Source of the DNA: an uncultured delta proteobacterium
GTDB taxonomy: Bacteria; Desulfobacterota; Binatia; Binatales; Binataceae
DNA length: 64,000 nt
Assembly (NCBI GenBank): GCA_963724765.1
Contig: CAVRVY010000001.1
Span: 64,001 to 128,000, forward strand
Direction of reading: 5' to 3'
This document shows positions 11,427 to 21,465 of the stretch, one piece after another (the first letter of the stretch is position 1; each line of letters begins with the position of its first letter). The position numbers and the translations under genes are program-made. The notes under the pieces are model-generated. The model had not been told where the DNA came from, ran no database searches, and was given only the letters and a program-made list of their open reading frames with translations.

Positions 11427-12453
11427 GGCGATCCCTCCTTTTGTCGAAGCCGCGATCAAGTCCACGATCGACGTCGCGCGGCTGGCTGCGCGCCCGGCTC
11501 TTGATGATGTCTTTCGAGATCTGGCGCTCACGAAGATCGCGCTCGTGGTCTTGCGAGAGCTTCCAGCTTGCCTCACCAACACGCTGGGCGAGGCCCATGC
11601 CTTCGAGGAACTGCAATCGCGCCACGTCCTGCTCCGCCCTCACGCGGGCGGCATCGCTGCGCGGTTGGAACTGCTCGTAACTTACGAGACCGGACTCGTT
11701 CGCCTTGCGTTGCAGCGATCGGTCAATTTCGGTCCATTGCTCTTTTCGGATCACGCGCTCGCGCGCATGCAGCACCTCGGGTTCGAGTCGCGGCCCAAGC
11801 TCCCTCGTCGCGATCTCCTGGCTTCGTCCGCGCATGCCGAGCTTCAGGTATTCGCGGTCGATCTGCAGAGGCCGTCCGTCATCTCGAACGCCTCGCACAA
11901 GCAGATGGACATGGGCGTCGTCGGTGTTGTGATGATCGATTGCGACCCACTGAAGCTTCGTATCGAGATCGCGCTCCATCTGTTCGACCAGGCCACGCAC
12001 GTGTTCCCGAAGATCCAGCCTGGAGGCGTCCTCCGGTGAGACGATGAAGCGCCAGAGCAACTCGTCGTGTCTTCTCCCAGTCGCGCACGAGCGGCGACCA
12101 TATCTAGCCCGTCATGCTCGGCATCAAAGCCCCTGACCCTTTCCCTGCTCCTGCTGCGCTCCTTCGCGTGACAGGTAGCGGGCGTGAGCGGCCCAACCGC
12201 CGGTATGGTCGTTGCGCTTGAACGACGCTTTGACCACGGAACGGCGGGAGTAGACGTGCGGGTCCAGCGCGACCCGCCGCCATGTCTGTCCGCCGCTGAG
12301 ACTGCCCCACGATTGGCGTCGAATTCCCCACCTGACCCGCACTCGCCGTAAGGCAACCGCCCACCACGGAATCAGCGGACGCGGACGTTCCGTCTTCGCG
12401 GGACGAAGCTTGATATCGACCTCCTTCTGGCCGAAGAACCTACGCCGGCTCAT
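11419..12453 (-). pseudogene. MOBP (VirD2/RlxS-like) relaxase, short form, frameshifted near 12120
   Basis: RRSVVKAS...AHARYLSREG (catalytic Tyr), RFIVSPED, and WVAIDHHNTDDAHVHLLVRG (HUH). Confidence 0.88.
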
Positions 12454-12834
12454 GCGCTCGACTCCGTGAGCAATGCGCTCAAGCTGGCGATGAGTTGCGC
12501 CGAATTCTCTGGCGCGTGTGTCACCCAGAGCCTCGATGATTTCTTTGACCTGCGCACTGCTGAGGGTGACCGAATGAAGTTCCTTTGCGCGGCTCCACGA
12601 CTTCCACGCGCGCTTGCTGGTGGCCCGCTCTTCGAGCTGCTTCCGTCCCGCCGATGCGACCTGTGCGCGTTGTGCTGCGCCGAGGGTCGCACTCTCGTGC
12701 GCGACGCTGATTAACGCTCCAAGCAGGAAGTCTGGCGGCTCGCGGTCGAGGCCGGCTATTGCTACCAATCCGCCCAGATTGGCGAGGTGATGGACTCTGA
12801 GTCCCTGCTCGTGGCTATGTCCGTTTGCCGCCAT
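12450..12834 (-). CDS. TraD-family conjugal transfer protein (probable frameshift near 12520 fuses it to the relaxase frame)
   Basis: HHLANLGGLVAIAGLD...LLGAL resembles the TraD family. The alternative frame stops at 12450, overlapping the relaxase ATG. Confidence 0.6.
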
Positions 12835-12837
12835 GAT

Positions 12838-13381
12838 TCACCACGTGAGGATCGGTTTGAGCACGCCCTGAACTCCTGACAAGCGGAACCGGTCCGAAGT
12901 AGCGCGCGTCCCAGCTCCGAGCGTTATGGAAACCGAACAGCCAGACTTCGCCCGGCGCGACCTGGCGCCTGCCCCAAGGCACATGTGGCAATGGTCGGCC
13001 TATGCTGTCGCGTGCTGCGACGGCGCTGTCAGCGAACACTCTGTCCGTCGACGGAAACCCAGCCGGGCTGCACTTCCAAAACGTCACCGGGAAGGGCTCC
13101 AATTATTTTCGCGACCGGCTCGGCTCCGCCTGGGCAATCGCCTTTGGAGAGGTAACCGCGAGCTAGTCCTTCCTGTGCGATCGATGGCCGGTAGGCAGGC
13201 TCCAACGAGCTCGCCGCGGTTGACGGATACTCCGGTGACGATTCGGTAAATCCCTGCCGGCGCGGCGCTGTCGGTGAGTGAAATGCGCAGGCCAAGGAGT
13301 CTTCCTAGCGCGACTAAGAAGGCCACCGCGATCACTGGTCCGAGCATCGCCAAGACGGGTCTGCGCGCGTGCCGAAAACAC
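12838..13381 (-). pseudogene. traF: TraF S26-family pilin-processing peptidase, frameshifted
   Basis: SLTDSAAPAGIY, GYLSKGDCPGGAEPVAKIIGALPGD, SWDARYFGPV and LKPILTW* lie across three frames. Confidence 0.85.
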
Positions 13382-13670
13382 TCAAAATGCAGCCTTGGAA
13401 CGACCCGCTCCGAGGTGATTTTCGCCGTACTGTGCCGCTGGCCGCTCCAGGATGCCCTGAAGTGGGGGAAAGGCCGTGCGGATATTGGAGAAAACGGCGG
13501 ATCTGCGGCACTGCACCGCAGATGCTTTATCTTGCTCTACGAACGAACGCCCTTTACCCCACTCCCTCACCACTCCGAACACAGCACTCAGAGCCCTCCG
13601 TCCGCCCGCACCAAATCTCTGCAGGTCGATCATAGATCCCACTCCATCCCGAACTCCGACGCGCATCGCT

Positions 13671-13970
13671 TCACGCTCCGCCCTGACCATCAGCAGCGCT
13701 GCCGGGCAGCATCCGATCTGAATGTGCCAGTCCGTTCGCTTTTGCAGGCCTTCGAGAACGGTCTCTCCCCGCGGTCTTCCCCTCCAACGCATCCATCTCG
13801 TCGCGCATCTGTCGCGTCAGGCGAATGATCGACTCGCAGATTGTCGCGTTCAGATCGAAGCCCGCCTCATTGGTGCGCTCGCGAAGCCGATCGATCTCCG
13901 CCTTCACCGAAGCCGGGACGCGCAACGTGATCGTCTCGCTCGGTTCTTCCTTGCGTTTCAGCACTCCCAT
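13671..13970 (-). CDS. Small ribbon-helix-helix-like DNA-binding protein
   Basis: AAGGAGG RBS, then MGVLKRKEEPSETITLRVPASVKAEIDRL. Confidence 0.6.
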   Translation of the reverse strand: MGVLKRKEEPSETITLRVPASVKAEIDRLRERTNEAGFDLNATICESIIRLTRQMRDEMDALEGKTAGRDRSRRPAKANGLAHSDRMLPGSAADGQGGA

Positions 13971-13994
13971 CGCCCGTCCTCCTTGAATCGGTTT

Positions 13995-14047
13995 TGTGTA
14001 CGTTTCGTGCACAATCGCGCATACGCTCCGTGTACGATTTGTGTACG
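13995..14047. promoter_or_regulatory. Clustered GTGTACG repeats upstream of the RHH gene (putative operator)
   Basis: GTGTACG at 13996, 14030 and 14041, plus GTGCAC at 14007, within an ~80-bp intergenic gap. Confidence 0.5.
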
Positions 14048-14048
14048 T

Positions 14049-15200
14049 TCAGCCTTTGTAGGCCGCCGGGAACACGAGGTCTTCTGTGACCATCACGTTG
14101 AACTGGTAGCCGGGCCGGATTTCGATCGTCGGTGGGCGATTCATCCCCTGGCCGATCATCTGCTGACCCACGGAGCCGAACTGTCCTGAGGCAGCTGAAC
14201 CGGCCATCTTGACTCGCCATCGCCCACTGGTTCGGCTGTGAGTACCCGTAGGGTCCGTAAGTGCCGCCGCCTCCGAACGTCGCCATCTGTCCGACCATCT
14301 GGCCGGCGCTGATCAGACTCATGACCGCCGCGGTGCCAAACGTTCTCAGGTAGTGGTTGTTCACTTCGTCGGTGAAACCCGAGTAGCCGCCCTGGTCCGC
14401 TCCCGGCATCTGCGGGAGATCCATGCTCGAGGTGTTCGGGAAGATGAGCCGCTGCCATGCGATTTCGACGCGTTGCTGACCATAGGAGCGTTCTGGTATA
14501 TGCCGACGAGCCTGCTGCCTTGCGGGACCAGCAGGTATTTCCCGGTGGCGCTGTCGAAGACGTTCTGACTGACCTGGGCGACGATCGGCCCCGGCAAGTC
14601 CGAGTTGATCCCGCTCACGAGTACGGCTGGAATCACGCTTCCAGCCATCACCGAGAACGCCGATGCGGGCGGGTGAAGCGTCACGGCCTGATCGGTGGAA
14701 TTGCCGAGGTTGAAGTTCGTGCCTTGCTGGCCATTTGCGCGGGCGATTTCCAGCGTCCCGTCGCCGTGGAACGCGGAGACCATCTGCGGCGATTCAAGCG
14801 CCTTCATGTACTTCTCTTCCGCCCACTGCGCGTAACGGCTGGGCGGTTGCGGCGGTGCGTTTTGGATCGGCGCTTGCACGGTCGCGACCACAACGGGAGG
14901 CGGTACGAAAGCCGGTGCTGCCAGTGGCCTGCCGCCGTGCGCGGCGAGGTCCGCGATCTCTCCGTTGTTGCGTGCCGATGCTCCGGGATCGTCAGTTGGC
15001 TTCTGCAGCGCGCTCTGCCCGGAACCGGATGACTCCACCCCAAGCGCCACCACTACGCCGCTCACGATCGCGACGGCGGCGAACGCGATCAGTATGAGCC
15101 GGTTGAAGCGGCCACCTCCGGGATGCTCCTGCTCCAGCCAGCCTTCCGGTTCCTCCTGAAGATCGCCCTGGCCGTCGAGTCTGATATTCGCAGTCGCCAT
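14049..15200 (-). pseudogene. trbI: TrbI/VirB10, frameshifted
   Basis: GSVIPAVLVSGINSDLPGPIVAQVSQNVFDSATG, DQGGYSGFTDEVNNHY and PTIEIRPGYQFNVMVTEDL lie in three frames; stop at 14049. Confidence 0.9.
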
Positions 15201-15204
15201 GTTT

Positions 15205-16159
15205 TCACCTCGTGGCTCCCGCGTAACTGATCGTCACGCGGTCCTGATCGCGTCCGACTCCTGATACGAGGATTGCGTCCGTGACCAGACGGTCGACGAC
15301 GTAGTAGTTTCCCTTGACCCGGTAGTTCACCATCTGCGTTCCGCTGCCGGCGTTCACAAGCAGCGCGGGCGCCTCGCTCGACTTCATTCCTGGCGGCATC
15401 TGGATGTACACGTGCGAACCGTCATCGAATGCGCGGATCGGCTTCCACGGAACGTTCGGTCCGCCCACGGTGTACGCGAAGTTGAGTTGTGCCGGATCGA
15501 CATTGGCAACCTTCACGACATTGCCGGAGTCATCGCCCGGCGGATCGGCTGCCGCATCCTGTTGTGCCTTCGCGGCAGAGTCCGCATTTTTCATCGCAGT
15601 GATCAGCTCGTCGGGGTAGTAGAACTCGACCTCCTGCATCGCGTGGCTTCCGCGCGAGCGGAGCAGCAAGTGGTAGATGTGCTTCGTCGTGTAGATCGTG
15701 AGGTTGGTTTGGATGCCCGGGAGCTTGCGGCTTAACTGCGAGATGCGGCACCGGGTCTCGCGGGTCTCCCGAGGAGGCGGGCGTCGCCATCCAGCGTTCG
15801 CTGTCACCAATCGCAACGTCGGAGATCGTCTCGCCCGGCTGCAGCTGAATGTCTGAAGTTCGTAGCGGCTCGCAATCGACCGTGGGCGGAGGGCCTTCGT
15901 TATACGGATAGAGCGTGTAAGCGGGCGTCTTGTAGATTGGCCAATCGCCGCTCTTGTCGTGCTCCTTGATCGCCTGCTGAACCTCGGGCGGCTGCCCTGC
16001 AAGAATCTCCTCCGGACTTGGCGGAGCTGGCGCCGCTTCCGCTTTGGGTTCAGCTTCGGTGACCAGGTTGAGCGGCGGCGGTGCTGGCGGCTGTTTCGCC
16101 GCGCACGCTGCGAATGTCAGCGCCAAGGTGACTGTCCCTGCGATGGCGATCCGTGTCAT
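15205..16159 (-). pseudogene. trbG: TrbG/VirB9 lipoprotein, one frameshift near 15720
   Basis: Lipobox FAAC, DIQLQPGE, GDSERW, TNLTIYTTK, PWKPIRAFDDG, MVNYRVKGNYYVVDRL. Confidence 0.9.
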
Positions 16160-16186
16160 CGCTCTGCCTCCTATTTTGTTGCCGGC

Positions 16187-16855
16187 CTAACCTCGCTGTT
16201 CGGTCCAGCTGATCTGCGTCACGCAAAACCCGAGAGGGTTGCTAACGATCGCGTCATCGGAGCTCGGCGGGACAATTTCGGTTTGAAGCGCGGCCTCCCA
16301 ATGGGACGGAGACCCAATAGCGACGCCGTTCAGGTCGCGCTGCTGCTCGCTCCATCGCACCTGATAACTGCGCGGCGAGAGTTGAAGGATCGAGTCGATC
16401 TGAACTGATACGGTCTGCTTCTCAGCGATCTTGAATGGGTTATGGGAGAAGTTGTCGGAGTGGTAGTACTCGTCGAGAAAGCGGTCCGCCGCGCCCCGTG
16501 TGTGCGCGAGCAGTGCGTTCAGCATCTGATGCTCGACCTGTGGATCGCTAGTGACCGAGCGCGCATCGCGGATAAAAGCCGCGACCTCATAACGCTCCAT
16601 TCGGGCGGTTACGTCCGGCAACGCAACCGGCGTGAGGGGTTGCGGCACCGTCAGCGCGTATCCGAGCCTGTCGACCTCAACAACGTAGGGGATGTACCGG
16701 CTGTGATTGCCGAGCCAGACGATACCGCTGGCGAGAATCAGGCTCAGAAGCATGAGACCGCCAGCGGCGATCTGCCAGTTGCGTTTTCCGAGAACGAGGT
16801 CAGCGTATCGTTCGTCCCATTCGCGACGCGCTTCGAGATATGGGTTGCTCTCCAT
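16187..16855 (-). CDS. trbF: TrbF/VirB8
   Basis: NPYLEARREWDERY, PYVVEVD, SYQVRWSE, NPLG. Confidence 0.92.
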   Translation of the reverse strand: MESNPYLEARREWDERYADLVLGKRNWQIAAGGLMLLSLILASGIVWLGNHSRYIPYVVEVDRLGYALTVPQPLTPVALPDVTARMERYEVAAFIRDARSVTSDPQVEHQMLNALLAHTRGAADRFLDEYYHSDNFSHNPFKIAEKQTVSVQIDSILQLSPRSYQVRWSEQQRDLNGVAIGSPSHWEAALQTEIVPPSSDDAIVSNPLGFCVTQISWTEQRG

Positions 16856-17216
16856 GCGAACGCCTCACAGTAAAAATCTGAATTCACACATCAAACTGCG
16901 GCTCGCTGGATTTGTTGGTTGAGCAAGTTCCTTGCCATCGGCGAGGCATCAGTGCGATCCAAAGAAAACTGAGTGGAGAAATTAGTGCTGTGCGGGAATC
17001 GGCGCGTGTGCGAACTCTTTTGCCTGGCCATGGTCGCGCTGCGCCGCCAGTCTCAAAATGGAGCTGCCGCGCTCGCCAGTGAATCGCTGTGATGCGGGCT
17101 TTGCTCGGTCGAGCGCTACCCCCCAGCATTTACAGCGGCAAGCTCAGGAAGGTCGCAGACTCTCAACCCAGCCGAAATCAGAAAAATAGATGCGGCGATG
17201 TTTTGAAGGACCGGTT

Positions 17217-17825
17217 ATGCAGAAGAAACCGTTTTCCAATCACGCGAAGCGAGGTTCTTTCTCGAATGAAAAATTTAACCGCCTGGGGAGGATCGTTGTT
17301 CGATACCACCGTGAGGCGGAGAAATGCGCAGCGGTCCGTGCATACTACGCAGCGGTCATCATGATTGGCGCCGCGTTTGAGGCGATGCTGCTCCAAATGT
17401 GCGATTTGTTCGAAGAGGAAGTAGCACAAGCCGTTTCGAATCTCTCTCGGAAACCGAAAGGATCGATTGAACATTGGAGCCTCGATGACTTGATCGGAAT
17501 CGCCGTTGCTGTGGGATGGCTGCCGCCTCGGCGCGGACCGGACCTGGCCGAAGCTGGCATCGGTGAATTGGCCCACCTGATCAGGCGGCTCCGAAACTTA
17601 TCGCATCCGGGCGTACATCTTCGAGAACTGGATGAGGTACCGCTTAGAGCGGCATCCTACCGTGTCGCCTACGCGCTGTTTGATTCAGCGCGCGATTGGC
17701 TTTGGATGAAATTCGCTCAGGGCGCACCGATGGAACCTAACAGGTCGCCCTTCGGACCCCCGAGCAGGGTCGTGGTCAGGGTACCTCGCCGGCGAAGAAA
17801 GCGGCGGAAGTCCGAGTTGAATTGA
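17217..17825 (+). CDS. DUF4145/HEPN-like protein, candidate defence cargo
   Basis: EAEKC...AYYAAVIMIGAAFEAML...SLDDLI...IRRLRNLSHP; lies on the opposite strand to the tra genes, at the ICE edge. Confidence 0.6.
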   Translation: MQKKPFSNHAKRGSFSNEKFNRLGRIVVRYHREAEKCAAVRAYYAAVIMIGAAFEAMLLQMCDLFEEEVAQAVSNLSRKPKGSIEHWSLDDLIGIAVAVGWLPPRRGPDLAEAGIGELAHLIRRLRNLSHPGVHLRELDEVPLRAASYRVAYALFDSARDWLWMKFAQGAPMEPNRSPFGPPSRVVVRVPRRRRKRRKSELN

Positions 17826-17869
17826 TACCTACAGGTCAGTGTTGGGACGCAAGTTTTTTCGAACGATTC

Positions 17870-17891
17870 AGTGCCCACTTAGTGCCCACTT
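17870..17891. repeat. Tandem 11-bp repeat AGTGCCCACTT x2, putative integrase arm-type sites
   Basis: Exact tandem ~100 bp inside the tRNA-Arg junction; TGATCTGA also occurs three times between 17907 and 17977. Confidence 0.6.
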
Positions 17892-17996
17892 CGGGCTTTT
17901 TCAGCATGATCTGAGATGATGTCGATCCGCATGAGAACCCTTATATTTCCTGTACTATGTGATCTGACGTGATCTGAGAAAACGTCGGGGACAAGT

Positions 17997-18035
17997 TTAG
18001 GAATCCTGTGCTCTATCCATCTGAGCTAAGGGGGC
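17997..18035 (-). tRNA. tRNA-Arg(CCT) 5' half, cut at the anticodon loop (att junction)
   Basis: Reverse complement reads GCCCCCT TA GCTC AGATGGATA GAGC A CAGGA TTCCTAA, then non-tRNA sequence; no T-arm or 3' acceptor strand. Confidence 0.8.
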
Positions 18036-18052
18036 GCCCGGCGGAGAGCACG

Positions 18053-18081
18053 ACCTTAACTCCATCGCCGGGCACGCTCAA
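18053..18081 (-). promoter_or_regulatory. Sigma70-type promoter of the split tRNA-Arg
   Basis: TTGAGC-17 bp-TAAGGT on the minus strand, 17 nt upstream of the tRNA 5' end. Confidence 0.5.
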
Positions 18082-18111
18082 GTTGATGCGTTGCGGCGTG
18101 GAGCCGTGCGC

Positions 18112-18756
18112 TTAGCTATGCCGGATCTCCGCGTCGATCAGGGTTTCCGCCGCGCGCACCAAGGCTGATGCGCGGCCCGTGGGCCGCGCGCTCTCCGAGC
18201 AGAACTTCGATCCTTCGAGCACGATGCCGAGCTGATCCGCGAGCCGCTCGGGATCACGCGCGCCGGCGGCCTTTGCCAGTTCGCGCAGCCGCGCGTGGCG
18301 CTCGGCCTTGAACCCGACGATGACCGCGCGCGCCGGATGACCTACCTCAGGAAATTCGACCATCGTGTTGCCGAACGGGCATCCGCGGAAATTCGCCGAA
18401 GTGGCCTTCTCCGCGGTCGCGACGAACAACGCCCGCAACTGCTTGCGCGGCGCGTTCGCGTGAGGCCTGATGGTCTCGTCCCACCATTGCCAGTAGTCGG
18501 CGGCCGAGGATTCAAGATAGGCACAGACCAGCTCGTCCTTGGAGCGGAAGCTGCGGTAGAAACTCATCTTGGCCACGCCCGAGCGGGCGATCAGCGTATC
18601 GACGCCGACGGCGCGGATGCCTTCGCGGTAGAAGGAGTCGCGCGCGGTCTCAAGGATGCGCTCGCGGGCCGAGGCCGGCTTGGGTGGCGCACTCGGCGAT
18701 CGGCCGCCCGGATGCTGGGCTGGAGGCGGAGCCGAGTGCGGAGATTGGCTTGCCAT
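18112..18756 (-). CDS. TetR/AcrR-family regulator
   Basis: RERILETA...GIRAVGVDTLIARSGVAKMSFYRSFRSKDEL HTH and GCPF motif; likely start ATG 18756. Confidence 0.93.
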   Translation of the reverse strand: MASQSPHSAPPPAQHPGGRSPSAPPKPASARERILETARDSFYREGIRAVGVDTLIARSGVAKMSFYRSFRSKDELVCAYLESSAADYWQWWDETIRPHANAPRKQLRALFVATAEKATSANFRGCPFGNTMVEFPEVGHPARAVIVGFKAERHARLRELAKAAGARDPERLADQLGIVLEGSKFCSESARPTGRASALVRAAETLIDAEIRHS

Positions 18757-18823
18757 GGTAGCTATCCTTCGTGGTCCTCGCGTGGTCCTCGGGACTGACC
18801 GTTTAGCTCTGTTTGAGCCCATC

Positions 18824-18872
18824 TTGACTGATACAGACAGACCTGTATCATACATACAGAACGGCCTCTATC
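18824..18872 (+). promoter_or_regulatory. Two TetR-type operators overlapping a promoter
   Basis: Inverted repeat GATACAG-N6-CTGTATC (18830-18849) and a degenerate copy (18854-18872) follow TTGACT at 18824, between divergent genes. Confidence 0.65.
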
Positions 18873-18914
18873 ACACTGCAAACATACCTGAACCGGCCGT
18901 GAAGGAAAAGACCA

Positions 18915-19181
18915 ATGTTGAGTGACACCACCAAATCCACAGCCGCTAAAGCCGGGCGGCCGATCGCGTCTCAGACCGCGCGCAATGCCACGGCTGAGCG
19001 AGGGCTCCAGGCGAGTCGCGGCTTTTCCGCCGCAAAGCGAACGTATTCGCAGGCGAGGCCGCCCTCACGGTCCGCCGATCGGCTCGGCACGGCCGTAACC
19101 GTGCTGCTCAGCCTCGCGCTCGTGGCCGGAGCTTCGCTGATGTTTGCGCAGATCTGGGCGAATCTGACTATGATTCGGTAA
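18915..19181 (+). CDS. Small protein with C-terminal transmembrane helix
   Basis: AAGGA RBS, basic N-terminus, LGTAVTVLLSLALVAGASLMFA. Confidence 0.5.
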   Translation: MLSDTTKSTAAKAGRPIASQTARNATAERGLQASRGFSAAKRTYSQARPPSRSADRLGTAVTVLLSLALVAGASLMFAQIWANLTMIR

Positions 19182-19364
19182 CAACCGCACGTAGCGTCCG
19201 GCTGGCCCGCCGTGCGTATATACGAACGCAACTACCGCGAATCCCCCCCCCGGGGCCGCCGGACAAGTGAGCGAGTCGGTCGATCGGACAATCGGGTACG
19301 AGGACAGCCGCCGCCGTTGAACCGCCGCGGCATCAACCAAGGCCGGAAAGGGAGTTTAACTAAG

Positions 19365-19976
19365 ATGAAGCTGTATTTTTCGCCGGGCGCTTGCTCGCTC
19401 TCGCCGCATATCGTCGTGCGCGAGGCCGGAATCGCGGTTGACCTGGAGCAGGTGGACCTCAAGACGAAGAAGACCAAGAATGGTGCCGACTTCACCGCCG
19501 TGAGTCCGAAAGGACAGGTGCCGACGCTGGTTCTGGACAACGGCCAGACGCTGACCGAGGGGCCGGCTATCGTGCAGTATCTCGCCGATCAGAAGCCGCA
19601 ATCGGGGCTGGCTCCGCAAGCTGGAACCTTCGAGCGCTACCGGCTGCAGGAGTGGCTCAACTTCATCTCGTCGGAGATTCATAAGCCCTTCGGCTCGCTC
19701 TTTAACCCGGCGACACCCGAGGACTACAAGCGTATTGCGAAAGATGCGTTGGCAGCTCGCTTCGCTTACGTCGACCGTCATCTGGCGAACCGCGGTCCCT
19801 TCCTGATGGGCCCCCAGTTCACGGTGGCGGACGCGTACCTGTTCGTGATGACGCTGTGGGCGAAGTTCGTGAAGGTCGATCTCGATCAATTCGCCAGACT
19901 GAAGGCCTACGCCGAACAGGTCGCAGCGCGGCCCAAGGTTCACGAGGCGCTGAAAGAAGAGGGCCTCGCGAAGTAG
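19365..19976 (+). CDS. gstA: Glutathione S-transferase (beta class)
   Basis: MKLYFSPGACSLSPHI, PKGQVP, LTEGPAI, QEWLNFISSEIHK. Confidence 0.93.
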   Translation: MKLYFSPGACSLSPHIVVREAGIAVDLEQVDLKTKKTKNGADFTAVSPKGQVPTLVLDNGQTLTEGPAIVQYLADQKPQSGLAPQAGTFERYRLQEWLNFISSEIHKPFGSLFNPATPEDYKRIAKDALAARFAYVDRHLANRGPFLMGPQFTVADAYLFVMTLWAKFVKVDLDQFARLKAYAEQVAARPKVHEALKEEGLAK

Positions 19977-20001
19977 ACCACGTGATCGCGTTTCTCGAGA
20001 T

Positions 20002-20030
20002 TGGCGGCCCCGTCTCGTCGGGGCCGCCAG
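20002..20030 (+). terminator. GC-rich hairpin downstream of the GST gene
   Basis: TGGCGGCCCCG...CGGGGCCGCCA stem; only a weak U-tract follows. Confidence 0.45.
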
Positions 20031-20198
20031 TCTATTCTCGCGCGCCAGTGAGTCACTTTCTCCTGCGTTTCACCGGCCGCCGGCTTCGGTCTACTGAAGA
20101 ACCGCCTGGCCGCGGGTAGCTGCGGCCCGTCATCGCGCGCGCCGCGAGGCGGTACGTACAACGCCGCGATTGGACTATAGTCGCGCCGGAGGGTGCCC

Positions 20199-21377
20199 AT
20201 GAGCACATACCTTTATGAAATCCTCGAACGTCTCGTTGCTTTCGATACCGTCAGCTCCAACAGCGACGCGCCGGCGATGGATTTCCTGGCCGAGCGTCTC
20301 GGCGCGCATGGCTTCAGGGTCCACCTCCATCGCATCGAAGTCGCCGGCACGCCGCAGCTCAATCTGATCGCATGGGCCGGACCGCCGCGCCCCGACGGCC
20401 TGACCATCTCGGGTCATCTCGACACGGTGCCGTATAAGGGGCAGCCGGGATGGAACCGCGACCCGCTCAAGCTCGGCATCGACGCCGACCGCGTATGGGG
20501 CCGCGGCACCACCGACATGAAGGGCTTCCTCGCCGAATGCGTCGCGGCGGCGGCCGCGCTCGACGTGCGCGCGCTCAAACGTCCGCTGGTCTTCATCTTC
20601 ACCAGCAACGAGGAAGTTGGATGTCTCGGGGCCGAGAGCGTTTGCGGCGCGCTCGCTTCGATCCTTGGAGAGATTCCCGCGCCAAAGCTGGTATGGATCG
20701 GCGAGCCGACTTCGTGGCAGGTGCAGCACGCCCATAAGAGCATCGTGACGTTCGACGTGAAGGTGCGCGGAGTGGGCGGCCACAGCGGCGCGCCCGAGCA
20801 GGGCGTCAACGCTATCGCGGTGACGGGCCGCGCGCTGGAGGCGATCGGCCATCTGCAAGCCGAGCGGCGCACGCCGAGCGACAAATTCATGCGCATCTTT
20901 CCCGATTCGCCCTACGACGTGCTCAACGTCGGGACGATCGCGGGCGGTATCGCGCCCAACATCATCGCCGAGCAGTGCCGCCTCGTGATTACCTACCGCT
21001 CGCTGCCCGACACAGATCCGCTGGCTATCTATCGCGAGGTCGAGCGCCGGCTCGCCGCGCTCGACCCGTACGACTACGCCTCGCACAATCATCGCGCGGC
21101 GATCGAGGTTGGGCCGCCGATGGTAGTGCCGCCGCTGCTCGCGCCGCGCGACACCGCGCTCGAGCGCGCGCTGCTCGAGGTCACCGGGACGCGCGAAGTC
21201 GGCGGCGCGCTGTTCAGCACTGACGGCGGATGGTTCGCGCGGGCCGGGATGGTTCCACTGATCTGCGGGCCGGGCGATCTCGATCAGGCGCACAAGCCCA
21301 ACGAGAACATCCGCCGCGCGGCGCTGGAGAGCGGCACGGAGAAGATTCTCAAGGTAATCGCCCGTTTAGTTCAGTGA
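20199..21377 (+). CDS. argE: Acetylornithine deacetylase (M20 family)
   Basis: SGHLDTVP, GRGTTDMKG, NEEVGC, IGEPT, GHS, GPG...AHKPNE. Confidence 0.85.
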   Translation: MSTYLYEILERLVAFDTVSSNSDAPAMDFLAERLGAHGFRVHLHRIEVAGTPQLNLIAWAGPPRPDGLTISGHLDTVPYKGQPGWNRDPLKLGIDADRVWGRGTTDMKGFLAECVAAAAALDVRALKRPLVFIFTSNEEVGCLGAESVCGALASILGEIPAPKLVWIGEPTSWQVQHAHKSIVTFDVKVRGVGGHSGAPEQGVNAIAVTGRALEAIGHLQAERRTPSDKFMRIFPDSPYDVLNVGTIAGGIAPNIIAEQCRLVITYRSLPDTDPLAIYREVERRLAALDPYDYASHNHRAAIEVGPPMVVPPLLAPRDTALERALLEVTGTREVGGALFSTDGGWFARAGMVPLICGPGDLDQAHKPNENIRRAALESGTEKILKVIARLVQ

Positions 21378-21465
21378 CCTTCGGCTGCCCCGATGTCGGG
21401 CAGAAGCTCTTAACTCCCTCCACAAAACAATTGGGGGACGGAACCAGGAAACCAGACAGTACTGA

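Larger units (their letters stand above)
2083..17996 (-). mobile_element. Tn4371-like integrative conjugative element (P-type Trb T4SS + MOBP relaxase + VirD4). Right end at the split tRNA-Arg; left end and integrase not seen in the window.
   Basis: Near-complete trb set plus traF, traD, relaxase and coupling protein, all on the minus strand. An att-like junction with arm-type repeats lies at 17870-18035. Confidence 0.85.
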
